From: Adineta vaga
Lineage: Eukaryota > Animalia > Rotifera
DNA: 64,000 nt
Direction of reading: 5' to 3'
NCBI GenBank assembly: GCA_021613535.1
Contig: CP075492.1
Coordinates: 9,114,001 to 9,178,000 of the forward strand
The notes beneath the pieces were generated by a model that was not told where the DNA came from, did not search any database, and was given only the letters and a program-made list of their open reading frames with translations. Made by a program: the position numbers and the translations under genes. Shown here piece by piece: positions 12,601-25,573 of this stretch (position 1 is its first letter; every line of letters begins with the position of its first letter).

Positions 12601-15600
12601 GACCGAAACCAATGGTTAATAGAAAATCTTTCATTGGATTACTTGTTTGATTTTGATCAACAGCTAATGCATCAAGAAAATAAGCAATTGGCACTGCAGG
12701 TGCTGATGATGGTGTCAGAGGTGGTGAAGACTGTGATAGTAGAGTTGTGGTTGCAATTGAAGAAGTTGGTAAATTATCTTCTAAAGCTTGTGGATTGATA
12801 AGAGTGTTGTTTATGACACAGGTGATAGTATCGTTATCTTTATCAACTGAATCATCTGATGAAAATTGATGACTAACACTGTCAGGCATGTGAGTATGAT
12901 TTTGGACATCGATTAGAGTGGAATTATTGGATTTATTATCACTATAACATGCATCCGTATCTGTGAAAATATTAATATGTGCACATTTTAATTCCATTTG
13001 ATGACGTTGTAATGTACCTTCCTGTTGAAATGTATCGACATCTTTTATCACAGTGACTTGTTCGGCAAGTTGTTCATCGTGTAAATGTAGTGTTGGTTGA
13101 AACCATTCGACAGGTAACGAACGAGTTGGATGTTCATTTTTTGCAGCAGCAGCAGCCGCATATGATGTTGCATATGAAAGAGAAATTTGGTCGACTAATG
13201 GAAGATGTTGTTCATGACTGAGAGTTTCTTCGAAATGATTTAGATAGACTTCCATATCTCGAAAGGACGATGATATAGAAGAAGGTTCTTTCTGTAAATG
13301 TTTTCGATTATGATGAGCATAATTCAAAGTTAAAACTGTTTTGCTATGAAGTGGATTTTCAAGAACAGGTTGAGTATTGATCTGCAATGTTGATTGTTGT
13401 TGATGTTGAATAAAATTTAAATTTTCAGTTGCTAAAGATTTGATTTGTTCTTCGTTATCGAATATTTCAAAATTTTGTTCGGGATGATTTATTTTTACTT
13501 GTTCATATTCAATTGATTCAGAATATGTATAATGAGCATTTTGTAGCGTAGGAAGAAGAGATTCATCAGGAATGATTTCAAGTTGTTCATCCTTCCATTC
13601 ATTGTCATCAACAATAATTGCCATTCGAACGTTTTCTTGAACTATTTCACAAGGTTTTAAATAATAATTATGGTCGATTATCTGAGTTGCATGTTGTATC
13701 TCTGCAGTAGAATGCAATTCTCCGAGAAGCGAAGCAGGCTAGAAGGATACACACGTTACAAAAGCAAGGAAATAAGCAGCAATATATGTATGTGTGTAGA
13801 TATGCTAGCAAGGATCATCCGATTTTGTTACTTACTGGAATTGTATGATTGATGGGAAGTTGAATAAAAGAAGTTACATATGAATATTCCATTTGAACCG
13901 TCGTTTTTTCAATCTCAGGTAATTGTTCATCCATATTCTATTGCAACAAGAGATTTAAAAAAAAAGAACATGTAAGTTATCAATCGAAAGAAAACTTACC
14001 GCGAATTCTTCTGGTAATTCAACAGTATGTTCGTCGATCATGTTTTCATCTGTTAGATCTAATTGACAAATATTTGACGCTTGTAATACAGTAGGTTGTT
14101 CATTGATTTGAGAAGTGAACAGCGAATATTTATTATCATTTTGTATTTCATTTACATTACTAATTGATGGAATGAATGGATGTGAATTACGAACGACTTC
14201 AAATATTGGAATATCTTGTTGAATTTTTGCAATTTGTTCTTCTTGTGAAATGAATAAAGTGCCATGTTCATATTCAGGTTGTTGTGCAATAAATTGTGTC
14301 AATTGTTCATCATCCGATTGATCCACTAATGATAGTAGATGTTGTGGTGATGTGAATATTGTCGCATGTTGATAATCGTGTACAGGAATTCGAAGCGGCT
14401 GAGCTTGCTGTATTGGTATCGTTTGATTTATACTTACCATCGATAAATGTGGATCATTTGATTCGACTAAATTAGCTTGACAAATTTCAATAGAGTTGGT
14501 TGAATGAATATTTGTGTAAATTTTTGCTTTAGGTCGTGGTGGAATAGGGGGCGGAGAATGGCAAGTTATGATCTAAAGAATAGAAACATAACAGCATTAA
14601 GTTAACGTTAATCTGTGTTTTACTCCATCAAACTGAATACAATAAATCGTCTTAAATTTTCAGAATTTCAAACTATACCTGTTTAGATGCGCTGATCACA
14701 CCATCCATCATTTCATCATTTAGATATTGTTTATTGATGGAATTCTGTAAATCAACATCTGTCACGGCTGTTTCTTTGCAATGATCATTGATAGTTGCTA
14801 TTATTGTAATTTTTCGTCGTGATGAAGATGGTTTTCTACAATCGGAATGAATTGGTGGTGGTAAAGTCGTACTAACATGTTGAATAATCATATCACCACC
14901 ATCATCGGTTAAAGTACGACGTGCCCGACCCATAACAATTTCTTTTGTTTGTACGATTGTTGGCGCTGATACAATAGGAAAATCAGGTTGTAGATGATTT
15001 CCATGATGAAAATCAATAATTGGTGGATGAGATGATTTAATTACATTATTACTAAAATGTACATCAGATGTATAGGTTGATACACTAGATATTCCAGATA
15101 TTGGTTGAGTTGGTCTCTGTCTTCGACGTCGTTCAAGTTCAATAGCAATTTTTCTTTTATAATTTTCTAATATCGATGGTTTATAAATATCTGCGACATC
15201 TTCTGTTGTAAATGATGTTGGCGTAATAAATGGTTGTTTATAACGTAAATGTTCTTTTCGTACTTGATATAAATGTTCAGCTGAAAGACTTCGATTTAAT
15301 TTTGTACGAATACCATCAATAATTTCATGTTTATACGCTTTATCACGTGCAATTGTTTCAATATGTCTTACACTATCTTGCATATTTCGATTCAATTGTG
15401 AAAGATAGAAGTCAGCAATCAAATCACTTGGACGATCGAGTAATGAACGATTGACTGTTGACAAATAACGTGAAAGTTTTCGTTGATGTGGAATAGTCTT
15501 TCTTTGATGTTTATCTTCTGTTTGTGGTCCTTCATCTTCATCAGACCAAAACGATGAATTTGATTTAATATCAATATCACTATCATATTCACGAGTTTTG

Positions 15601-18600
15601 GTCTGAGATGGATGCGATTTTTGTTTTGTATATTGTGATGCTTTGGAAACATGACCAGCAATCGATGCATCAACACCACGAAAACTTTCATGCATAATCT
15701 CATAGAAGACATCAACATCCAAACGAGTATTGGCGGGAGTTTGTGAAATCTAGATAAGACCAGCAAAGAAAAAGTTGATTAGATCTTTCGTCTACATGTA
15801 AATATCTATTGATTCGAAGGAATAATATGTTTTTGATACTCCCAAGGAAGTCTCTTCTTTTCGAAAGATAACAGTTATTTTATAAAAACAGAATTGATTT
15901 TCGAAATTTTCGTTTTCGAACAAGACAAGGTCCTGGAAATGAAATAGGGTGCAAAAAAAACATCTTACCTCACTCATCAGACGATCTAGTGCATACTTAT
16001 TCTATTTTAATACGTAAAGGTTCTTTTTTTAGGATAAATACTTGACGCATAAGGTTCATTAAGTTCGAAGAATAATTCCAGCTGTCACTGTCGCTTTTTT
16101 CTACACACCGAACGAGAGGGATAAAATATAACAGACTTAAACAAAAAAGGAAAAGGGACCAAGACAGTAGAAGGACTGCATATAAATTCATCAGACATGT
16201 CCTAAGCTGGTGCAAGATGATTTGACACAGAATAATTCAAGGTTATAGAGAAGTTTTGATATTTAAACACAAACTGTTATTCATATATGCCAAGAACTCA
16301 CAATAAGGGAGTATTCCGCATGATTTGTAAATGATAAAAGAAACTTTTTCTGTGTCTTTTCTTACCGATAAATGAGACTTTTGTTCACTTGCAAAACTTC
16401 CTATTTGTGTATCCATATTATCATTGTAACTTTCAATCATAATTGGACTATATCCAGATGAAGATACAGGTGATAATTGACCTACAGGTATTGATGATTG
16501 AATCCGAGACTGACGTTCTCTATCAATGCCTGTCCTTATTTTATAAGCTTCTAACACCGATGGAACATAAATATCTTGAATATCTTCGTAGGTATATGAA
16601 TACGTATACTGTCGTGTTTGATTATGACGTATTTCTTCATGTCGAAGATCATCTAAATAGGTTGTAGAAAAACAACGTATGAGATTATAATTTAATTCTC
16701 GTTGTAATGCTTGATTTTCATATGAACGTAAATAAAGACGTGCATTCTGTTCGAAATGTTTCAAACGTGTCTTTTCACTCTGATAATTTCTATCAAGTAA
16801 ACTTTTATTAACATTTTTCATAATTTGTGTATGAATACGATTTGTATTTAAACTTGAATATAATTTTTGACGATCATTTTCATTTTCTAACAAGCATTCA
16901 TTCAAAACTTCCTCCTCTTTAGCATAATATTGACTTATATAACTTAATGATGTTGTTGCTGTCGATGATGAATGTGTTTGTTGTGATCGATATTTTTTAT
17001 TAACAGATGAAATAAGACGGTCAACTGATTTTTCAAATGGTTCTGGTAACGGTTGACGAGTTTTCCTAAGAGACGTTCACGTGCTTCAGTTAAATATGAA
17101 CGTACAGTTGATGTTGGCTCAAAATGAACAGCTGCAAGTTTACCCGTTGGTGATCGTCGTAAGATAGACAGTTCACCATTTGTTGATGTAACTGTATCCG
17201 TACGTGGTGGTGGTGTTGTTGGTTGTCGTGTAAAGGTTCTCACGGTGTTTACCATTTTTTGAGAAGGTGGACGTCGATATGACCATTTATCTAATATAAA
17301 AAAAAGACGTCACGCCTTCATTGGTCTAAAAATCATCAACTTTCCTACCATCTGTGTAGATAAATGTTGATGCTGTACTTGGATATCGTACAGATTCAGT
17401 TGTATTTGAAAATAAATAAGGTGTATCTGATGTAATCGTAGTTGTCTCTTCGAGTAACTGCATTGATCGAGGTTCAAGATGACTTCCCGTCTGTAAATAT
17501 GTTAATGTTAATGGTGAATATTTCATTGAATTATCTGATGAAAAATAATATCGATTGGAATCTGATGAATAGGATCGTTGTTCGTTTTGATTAGTTGAAA
17601 AATTATAAATTTGATCTGTACTCGATGTAGAAGAAAATCTATAACGTTTTGCTAATGATGGTGATGTCTGATTTGATTTATGTTTTCTTGATAGTCTTTT
17701 ATGAAAGAAGTATCGATCATTAATATGTGTTGATAAGGGAAGTAAAGTTTCTGTTGACATATCTGCCGTATTATAAAATGTATCCAAACGAGAAAGTAAT
17801 CGTTGAAATTTTTTTAAACATTCACTTTTATTTGATGATAAAGGTAAACGTGTTTCAAATTGAAATTCTTCTTCGATAGATGAAGAGGAGGAGGAGGAAG
17901 ATGATGATGAGGCGATTTCAATGAGCGAGTCATCATTTAACTAGAAAGATAAAGAATATTGGATGATGGATATTTATTCTAAGAGCGATAAACAAGTTGT
18001 CAAGTGTGACTTGAAATCGAATTGAAAGTGTTTATTGACGAATAATAGTTGAAAAGCAAAGCACAATACTATCGATTTAATTTCAATATGTTTGAAAGAG
18101 AGAAAAAAGAGTCTTATTAACGCAAAAAGAAGCAATGAGCCTAAAGGCTATTATTGATTAAAATATAAAGAGTAAAGGACGTTGTTTATCGATAACTTAC
18201 TCACTATTATTCTCCGATACATTCTTATGAACTCAAATTCTAGATGAATCTCTATGTAATCATTTGACTATATATCAAAATAAGATGGAATGTTTCAACC
18301 AAATGTAAACAAAAAACATATACATATATATATATATATGTATACTCATTGACTAGTAGTATCGTTTTTAAGAAGAATGATCGTCTGACGATTTTGCAGT
18401 GCGCGGCCTTCGACTCTTTAAAGGGATATATGTATGAAACAAAAGTAAATGTCTGAAGGAATAAAATCAAGGATAGTAGAAATTAATATTTTCCTCGTTG
18501 GACAAATCTGCTATGTAGGATAGTAATCGAATATTCGTCTGATGATGGTTATCATCATTTTTCGAATCGATTGGAAGAAAAAAATCGCTTTTTTTTTGTT

Positions 18601-19452
18601 ACAAATATTTAATAAGTATCAATGTGTTATTTTATATTTCTTAGCTAGAGAATACCAATAGAAAAGGACCTTCAAAGGTTTTTTCTACTATACCTCGTCT
18701 AATAGTCATTGATATGTTTTTTGTCTTTCATTTTAAAAATCTGTAAAAATAAATAGTCACATTAGAAAAGAAGTTCACGTCTGTACATTTCTCTCTTACT
18801 CTCTGAATTTTGTCTGATGCGCATACTCCATCTCATCTTACATGAAGAATGAAGAATGAAGAAATCTTATTTACCTGATAATTGTCTCTTCTGCTCGTCG
18901 ATTAATTTCTTTACGATGTAGTCTATTTTAATACAGAAGAATTACTTGAATAAATCGTGTGACAATGTCTTCGCATTTTATCATAAGTCAATATTGAACT
19001 TAGCTTATTGTTGTTTAATAAATGATGCTACACTATCGACGATTGTTGTCGTTGTCTTTCTTTCTTTCGAATTATCGAAAGATTAACTAAACGTTCGGCG
19101 AGTGATGAGAGTGACCGTCATATTTCCTTTTCTCTTCTAGATTATGTCATTAGATCAATTAACTACTTGCGATGTTTTCTTTTTGTAGTTAGTAAAGATC
19201 TCAATTTCAAGACAATGATGATATCATATACATATATGACATAACCAAGAAATAACGATCGTATACACTTACATTTGGTAAAGGAGAAACGACACGGTTA
19301 TGTTCCGGAGTTTTTGTATATAACATTGATGAAGATGGTTGTTTAAGAGAAGCAAAAGTACGTAGTAATGCATCTGCATAAGAATCATTAATTGAAAAGT
19401 GCTTATGATTAGTAGAAGTTTTCTCTGATTGATTGAAAAGTACAGATGCCAT
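3692..19452 (-). CDS. Very large (about 3000-3200 aa), Ser/Thr/Gln/Glu-rich, mostly disordered uncharacterised protein; about 16 exons; possibly a cytoskeletal scaffold
   Basis: The minus-strand ORFs at 19207, 17326, 16944, 16243, 14673, 13955, 11900, 7798, 6948, 6199, 5150 and 3855, plus small exons (about 13938-13835, 10850-10769, 7702-7427, 3799-3692), join through GT-AG introns with matching phases. One junction near 17045-17145 is unresolved, so two genes remain possible. Confidence 0.7.
8868..8961 (-). CDS. Alternative first coding exon of the giant gene (MTTSPTKKTIELQADATVPRGASIKLTVEYR)
   Basis: ATG at 8961, then a GTAAGA donor in phase 1. This is the phase needed by the acceptor at about 8759 and also used by exon 10850-10769. 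Confidence 0.6.
9282..9302. repeat. (AG)n microsatellite
   Basis: About 10 AG units, upstream of the alternative first exon. Confidence 0.8.
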
Positions 19453-20340
19453 ACGAGAGATTGATTCGAATGTTTAATGAAGACGAGAAAGAATTAATTT
19501 GATTTTGTAAGCAAAAGTTATATAGAGACAATACTTGTCTTATCAGATACATTATGAATATAGTTATGATCACACTTCATTGATGAGATAGGATAGAAAA
19601 GAAAACGATTGATAATAGTCAACTTGTTAAAATATTCTATTAAATGATTGTATCAATACAACTAATGTTTATATGTATGTCTATTGAACTGTTCATGTGT
19701 AATAAAAAGTCACATCTCTTTGAACTTATAAAACAATCAATTGAAGAAAAATACATCTCCAACAGTTAACCTTCTTGAGAAAAGTGTGCATAGTTATGTT
19801 GATGAATTAAGTGCAAAAGTGATTCTAATCTTGTCAGCTGACTTATGTCTTGTTCAAAATTGAATATAGGAATACTTGAATGCTAACAAAATTTTATGAA
19901 CGTGATATTTGTTAAATGCAATGGATCATAAATAAATACGAAAAAAAAGGATCATATAATTTACATCTGTGATGAACATGAATGTTAATAGCATTAGAGA
20001 ACAAAATTTGAAATCATCTGATTTGTACTGTTCGAAGAGGATTATTGATATTGATTTTACGAATTTCCGTTCTTTTGTTTTCTTCTTTCGCATAAAGTTT
20101 ATTTTCTGGACAACAACAATAAATGTATATTAAAATAGAAAATGAAGTGAGGTTTGAATTTTAAAAGACAACATACATAAAATAATCAGTGTTTATGGAA
20201 AACAAGAAAAACACAAATAAATATTTGACGAAAAACAAACAAACAAACAAACGAAGAAAGATTTTAGAAATCACAGATATAAATATATAAAAGGAAAGAA
20301 GACGAACTTAGTTAGATTTCTGCTTTTTAACATTATAGTT

Positions 20341-23300
20341 TTAAACGACACCATGCATTTCTATTTCATCATCAAGAGAACTAGAGTTCAGTAATAATGC
20401 TGCTCTTTGTTTATCATACAATGAATTTGTTGCTTGTTGTTTAACAGCTGAAACTGCGCCGGAAAAGATTTGAGCTAAGCGACTACCACGTAAACTTGAT
20501 ATAAATGATCCATTAGGTGTTCGTTCTAAACCATCAATTCCTCGATGAACATTAATATTTTTTCCTTTGTTCATTGACCAAAGAATAAATTCATGATTAT
20601 CATACGTTTGAATATCTGGTTTACGAAATCTTCTTAAAAGTAATGATGACATGACAACACTAACAGATGATAAAGCCATGGCAGCAGATGCCATCCATGG
20701 CATTAATGATATACCTAATGGAAGAAAAACACCAGCTGCAACAGGTATACCGATAAGATTATAGATAGTAGCAAATAGAAAGTTTAAACGAATTCTTTGA
20801 ACAGTTTTCTTCGATAAAAGTATTGCTCCAAGAACATCTTCAAGTGCATCACGAATTAAAACAACATTTGCAGCTTCAACAGCAACATCAGCTCCAGTGC
20901 CAACCGCAATACCAACATCAGCACGTGCTAAAGCCGGAGAATCATTGACACCATCACCAACCATAGCAACTTTATCACCTTTACGACTGTTCTCTTTCAA
21001 TGTAGCAATGAAGCGTTCTTTTTGCGTTGGTAACACTTCAGCATAAACATTTTTAATTCCAACTTGTGCAGCAATAGCTCGAGCAGTTTTTACATTATCA
21101 CCGGTTACAAGCAGAACATTAAGACCCATAGATTGAAGAGCAAAGATTGTCAATGGTGCTGTAGGTTTGATACGATCAGCAATTGCAATCATACCAATAA
21201 TTCTACCTAAAAATATAATATTGTTCTACATCTGAAGTTTGAGGGTGATATAAAAGAATGGAGAATACACTGCCAGATAAGATAATAACAAATTAATGTA
21301 ATCTGCGATTTACAGAACAAATAGTATCTTATGTCTTACCTTCAGCAGCAACTATTACAGCTGTATTACCATCATGCTCATGTCGACCCATTGCTGAATC
21401 GATTTCATTTGTAACATGTATACTGTTTCTTTCCATCCATTCTCGATTTCCAATTAAAACAGAATAGGATTTATCTTGAAATGTCGTACCATCACCTGAC
21501 CCATTGTTTTTTGTCATTAAATGTTCAATTTTACTAACTTTAGCAGCTAAACCATAACCCCAAACAGCATTAAAATCTTCACAATGACCAAATTGTTCAC
21601 GACCAAAATAATCTTTACAATAGTTTTGTATAGCCTTTCCTAGCGGATGTTCTGAACCACTTTCAGCTGTACCAGCAATGGCTAATAATCGTTTTAATGT
21701 CCAATAAGGATCATTTAGAAGAAATAGACGTGTATCGACAACTGTTGGTTTACCTTGTGTAATTGTACCAGTTTTATCAAAAACAATGGTACGAATTTTT
21801 TGAGCTGCTTCTAAAGGTTCACCACCTTTAACAAGAATTCCTTGGGATGCACCGACACCTAAAAACAGAAAGAAAGAAAGATAATGATCTTTTTCCACTG
21901 ATATCTTTATCTTTACACGTATTACTTACCAGTACCAACCATAACTGCTGTTGGTGTTGCAAGGCCTAGTGCACATGGACAAGCAATCGAAAGTACTGTA
22001 ATTGCAAAGCGAAATGCTAGCTCAAGTACTACTTCCATTTTACTTGGCTCTTTTCCTGGATGATGATTCATTTTTGAATCTCCTCCCATCATAGAATGAT
22101 GATACTAAAAATGAACAGGAAAAAGTCTTACTTGACATTTTCAATTAGTAATTTACTTCTTACCATAGAATATTTTTGTATAGAATCGTAATGTGTATAA
22201 CCAATTACAAGCCAAGAAATTAATGTAATACCAGATACAGTAACAACAACCGGTACGAAATAACCAGCAATCGTATCTGCTAATGCTTGAATAGGTGCTT
22301 TTGATGTTTGTGCTTCTTCTACTAATTTAATAATTTGTTTAAGAGCTGTTTCATGTCCAACATGTGTAGCACGAATCAATAACATTCCATTTAAATTTTT
22401 TGTACCACCCACAACTTGTGATCCGACTGTTTTTTCAACTGGCATTGCTTCACCGGTTAATAATGATTCATCACATGTTGATGTACCTTCTATAACTCGA
22501 CCATCTGTTGGAACTGTTCCACCTGGTAGAACTTTTAAGATATCATTACGTTGAATAAGTTTTGCTAGAATTGTTTTTTCTTCGAGAATTGTACCCGTTT
22601 GTTCATCTAGACGAACTAATATTCCTTGTGGTGGTTGCAATGATAATAATTTTGTCAGAGCATCGGATGTTTTCCCCTAAAATCGATATTGTCTGATTAA
22701 TTTAAAAATAAAATCTATCTCGAAACAAACCTTGGCAATATGTTCAAGCCATCTTCCAAGTGCAACAAACATCATAAGCATTGGTGGTACATCGAAAAAT
22801 GTAATTGGACTAGGAAGACGTTGATAAATATTAAATAAAACAACGATACATGAATAAACATATGCTGTTGTAGTTGCCATAACAATTAAAACATCCATAT
22901 TTGCTGAACGATGTTTTAAAGCTTTAAATGCTTGAATGTAAAAATAACGACCACTAATCCACTAGAGAGAAAGAAAGATGAATTAGATAGTAGATGAATA
23001 AAAAAATACGAAAACACTTTACTTGGACTGGTGTTGATAAAAGAAACATAATGAGATTCTCAAGAGATAAACCACGAATAACTTGTGGAGCATCTTCATG
23101 ATTTTTCCATTTGAACATAAATGCCATCATAATAATCATAGCTGGAATGCCAAAAATAGCTGCAAGTAAAAATGAATTTCGCCAACGTTGAGTTTCACGA
23201 TGATGAACTTTAGCTGAACTGGATGCTTTCGTATCTTCATCGATTAAGGAAGCTGGAAAACCAATAGACTACAAAATTAAGAATATTTTTTCAAAATTAC

Positions 23301-25292
23301 AATGAAAAATTTCATACATCAAGTTCACGAATAATATCTCTCGGACCAATTTGAGAAACATCATATTTGAATCTACCACGATGAGTTAATAAAGCAACTT
23401 CTGCACTATGTATACCAGGTAATTTTCCGATTGAAGTTTCAATTTTTCGTACACATGATGCACATGTCATATTTTCAATCTATAATAAAATCAATCATGA
23501 CGAATCGGTTCGATAGATTTTCAATTGTACATACATTTAAATCGATAACTTCAACGCCATTTTCCATCGTTTCTAGTACTTCAGCACGGAAACCGAGTTC
23601 ATTTACTAAATGAGCAATTTGAGACGGAATGATATATTCGGGATTATATTTGATTTCAGCTTTATTTGACAAAAGAGCCACCAGAACCGAATGAATTCCT
23701 TTTGAATAGATATACATAATTAAGAAAGATGAATATTTTAGAAAGATAAATATTACCTTCAACTTTGCAAAGATTTCGTTGAATGGAATCCACACAACTA
23801 GCGCAAGTCATTCCGATAATACTTAAATAACAAGTTTCAGTATCATCATTATTGACCGGCGATAGTTGAACAAGCGTTTCGCGAGGATTTGATCGTTGAA
23901 TTTTTTCACCTTAAAAAAACATTTCTGATAAAAAATTGATATTTTTGAACCTTGAAACAATGTTGATGTCATGTTTAGATAACTATTTGTATTTACTTTA
24001 ACAATCAATGACATTTTGTTTATCAACTATGTCAATAAATTTTCCTCAAGCAAATATGTAAAACTTTTGTTTTCTTTCATTAAAATTCAAATTGATTATT
24101 GACAGGAATTCCGATCGATTATCAGTAGATAAAACATTATTTGAACAGCAAGAACTGAGTCATCATACGTGATAAGAATTATTCATTTATATCTTAAGAC
24201 GTAATTAAACAAATATTACATGACATAGGAGATTAGAGTATTCGAATTATTTTACGAATTAATCCTTTTGAGAAAGAAAAACAAGGAATCAAGTCTTCAA
24301 TTACCAATATACAGAAAACATAATATCATCTCTCGTAATGTACTTCCTTTGTTCTATATATAATCGATGGTAGTATGTCTGACTTTTTCTTTCTTGTTCT
24401 CCGAAACTAATCGTTGTTTAATACTCGATCCTTTTGACATTTACGATTTGAAAAACGAACCTGATAAGATTGGTGTATTTGAATTTACAATATTTTCTAA
24501 AGAGAAAAAAATATAAGAATGAATTGATTTGATTTTTTCAAGATATTTACCTTTTGATTGATCTGCATCATTCGATGGTATGACTGCTACTTGAAAATCT
24601 AATGATTCAATTTCTTTGATAATAATTGAGAGAATTATGATATTTGGATCATAAAGAATATTTGCTGATTGATCATCGAAGGAAACTTTAATATGATGTA
24701 TACCTGGTAGATCTTCGATAGTTTGTGTAATATTCATTACACAAGAATTACAATGCATGCCTTGTACGCGTAAATAAGCTCGAGCAATATTTTCTAATTT
24801 TGGATTGACTTTATAACCGATTGATTGTATTTTTTGATAAACTGTATAAGGATCTGTTTGATTTTTATCATAAGCAATTAAAACATGAGAACTATCATTT
24901 TTTAAAGGGAAAACTACATTTAAAACTCCGTTAATTGATGAAATACGTTCGGTAGCAGTAGGAATATTCTCATCTGAGATGCCACCAAGCTCAAGATCAA
25001 GGTTATTACTGTTAGTTATTTGATTTAGTTCTGCATTGAAACCGATTGTATTGATATGTTCAATAATATGATTTATATCAATATCATTTGGATTATAAAC
25101 AACAGTTCCTAATTTGTTTTCTAATGAAACCTAAAAAGAAAGAAAAAAAGTCAACTTGAAAGTATTCATCAATATATGATTCACTTGAATAGATTTGATT
25201 CCAGATATGTTACTTAATTTACTTTCAATATTTCGTACGCAACTTTGGCATGTCATACCATCAATATGAATATATTGTGTTAATTCTTCCAT
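20341..25292 (-). CDS. ATP7: Copper-transporting P1B-type ATPase (ATP7A/B family), multi-exon
   Basis: HMA motifs GMTCQSC, GMHCNSC, GMTCASC, NMTCASC; DESLLTGE; [13 protein letters not shown]; DKTGT; SEHPL; TGDN; [10 protein letters not shown]; YN and MALSS in the last transmembrane helices. Confidence 0.97.
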
Positions 25293-25573
25293 AGTTGCAA
25301 ATGACGATGCAATTCTTTTTCTTAGTACTTATGTGATCGCAGTCATTACTTATATATTATAAACATATGAATGATGAAGGAAAAAATTCTCATGAAATAT
25401 GATTGGTTAGAAAAACAGAATTGATTATTTTATTTTCGTGTATATAGATGAGGTAACAATCGTTTAATATGATTGGTTCCCGATAAATGACTAATGAAAT
25501 AATGCCCATCTGATGTAGTAGTGGACAGTAAACGTATTTTTGTTCGTAATATTTGGTAAAATAAAAAGAAATT
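25293..25573. promoter_or_regulatory. Putative bidirectional promoter between ATP7 and VPS41
   Basis: Divergent start codons about 280 nt apart; positional inference only. Confidence 0.55.

Noticed and set aside
18870-19140. Coding-looking minus-strand fragments (LSSLAERLVNLSIIRKKEK...)
   Set aside because: Bounded by stops and no consistent splice phase; exon 19452-19273 joins 17940 directly in phase 0.
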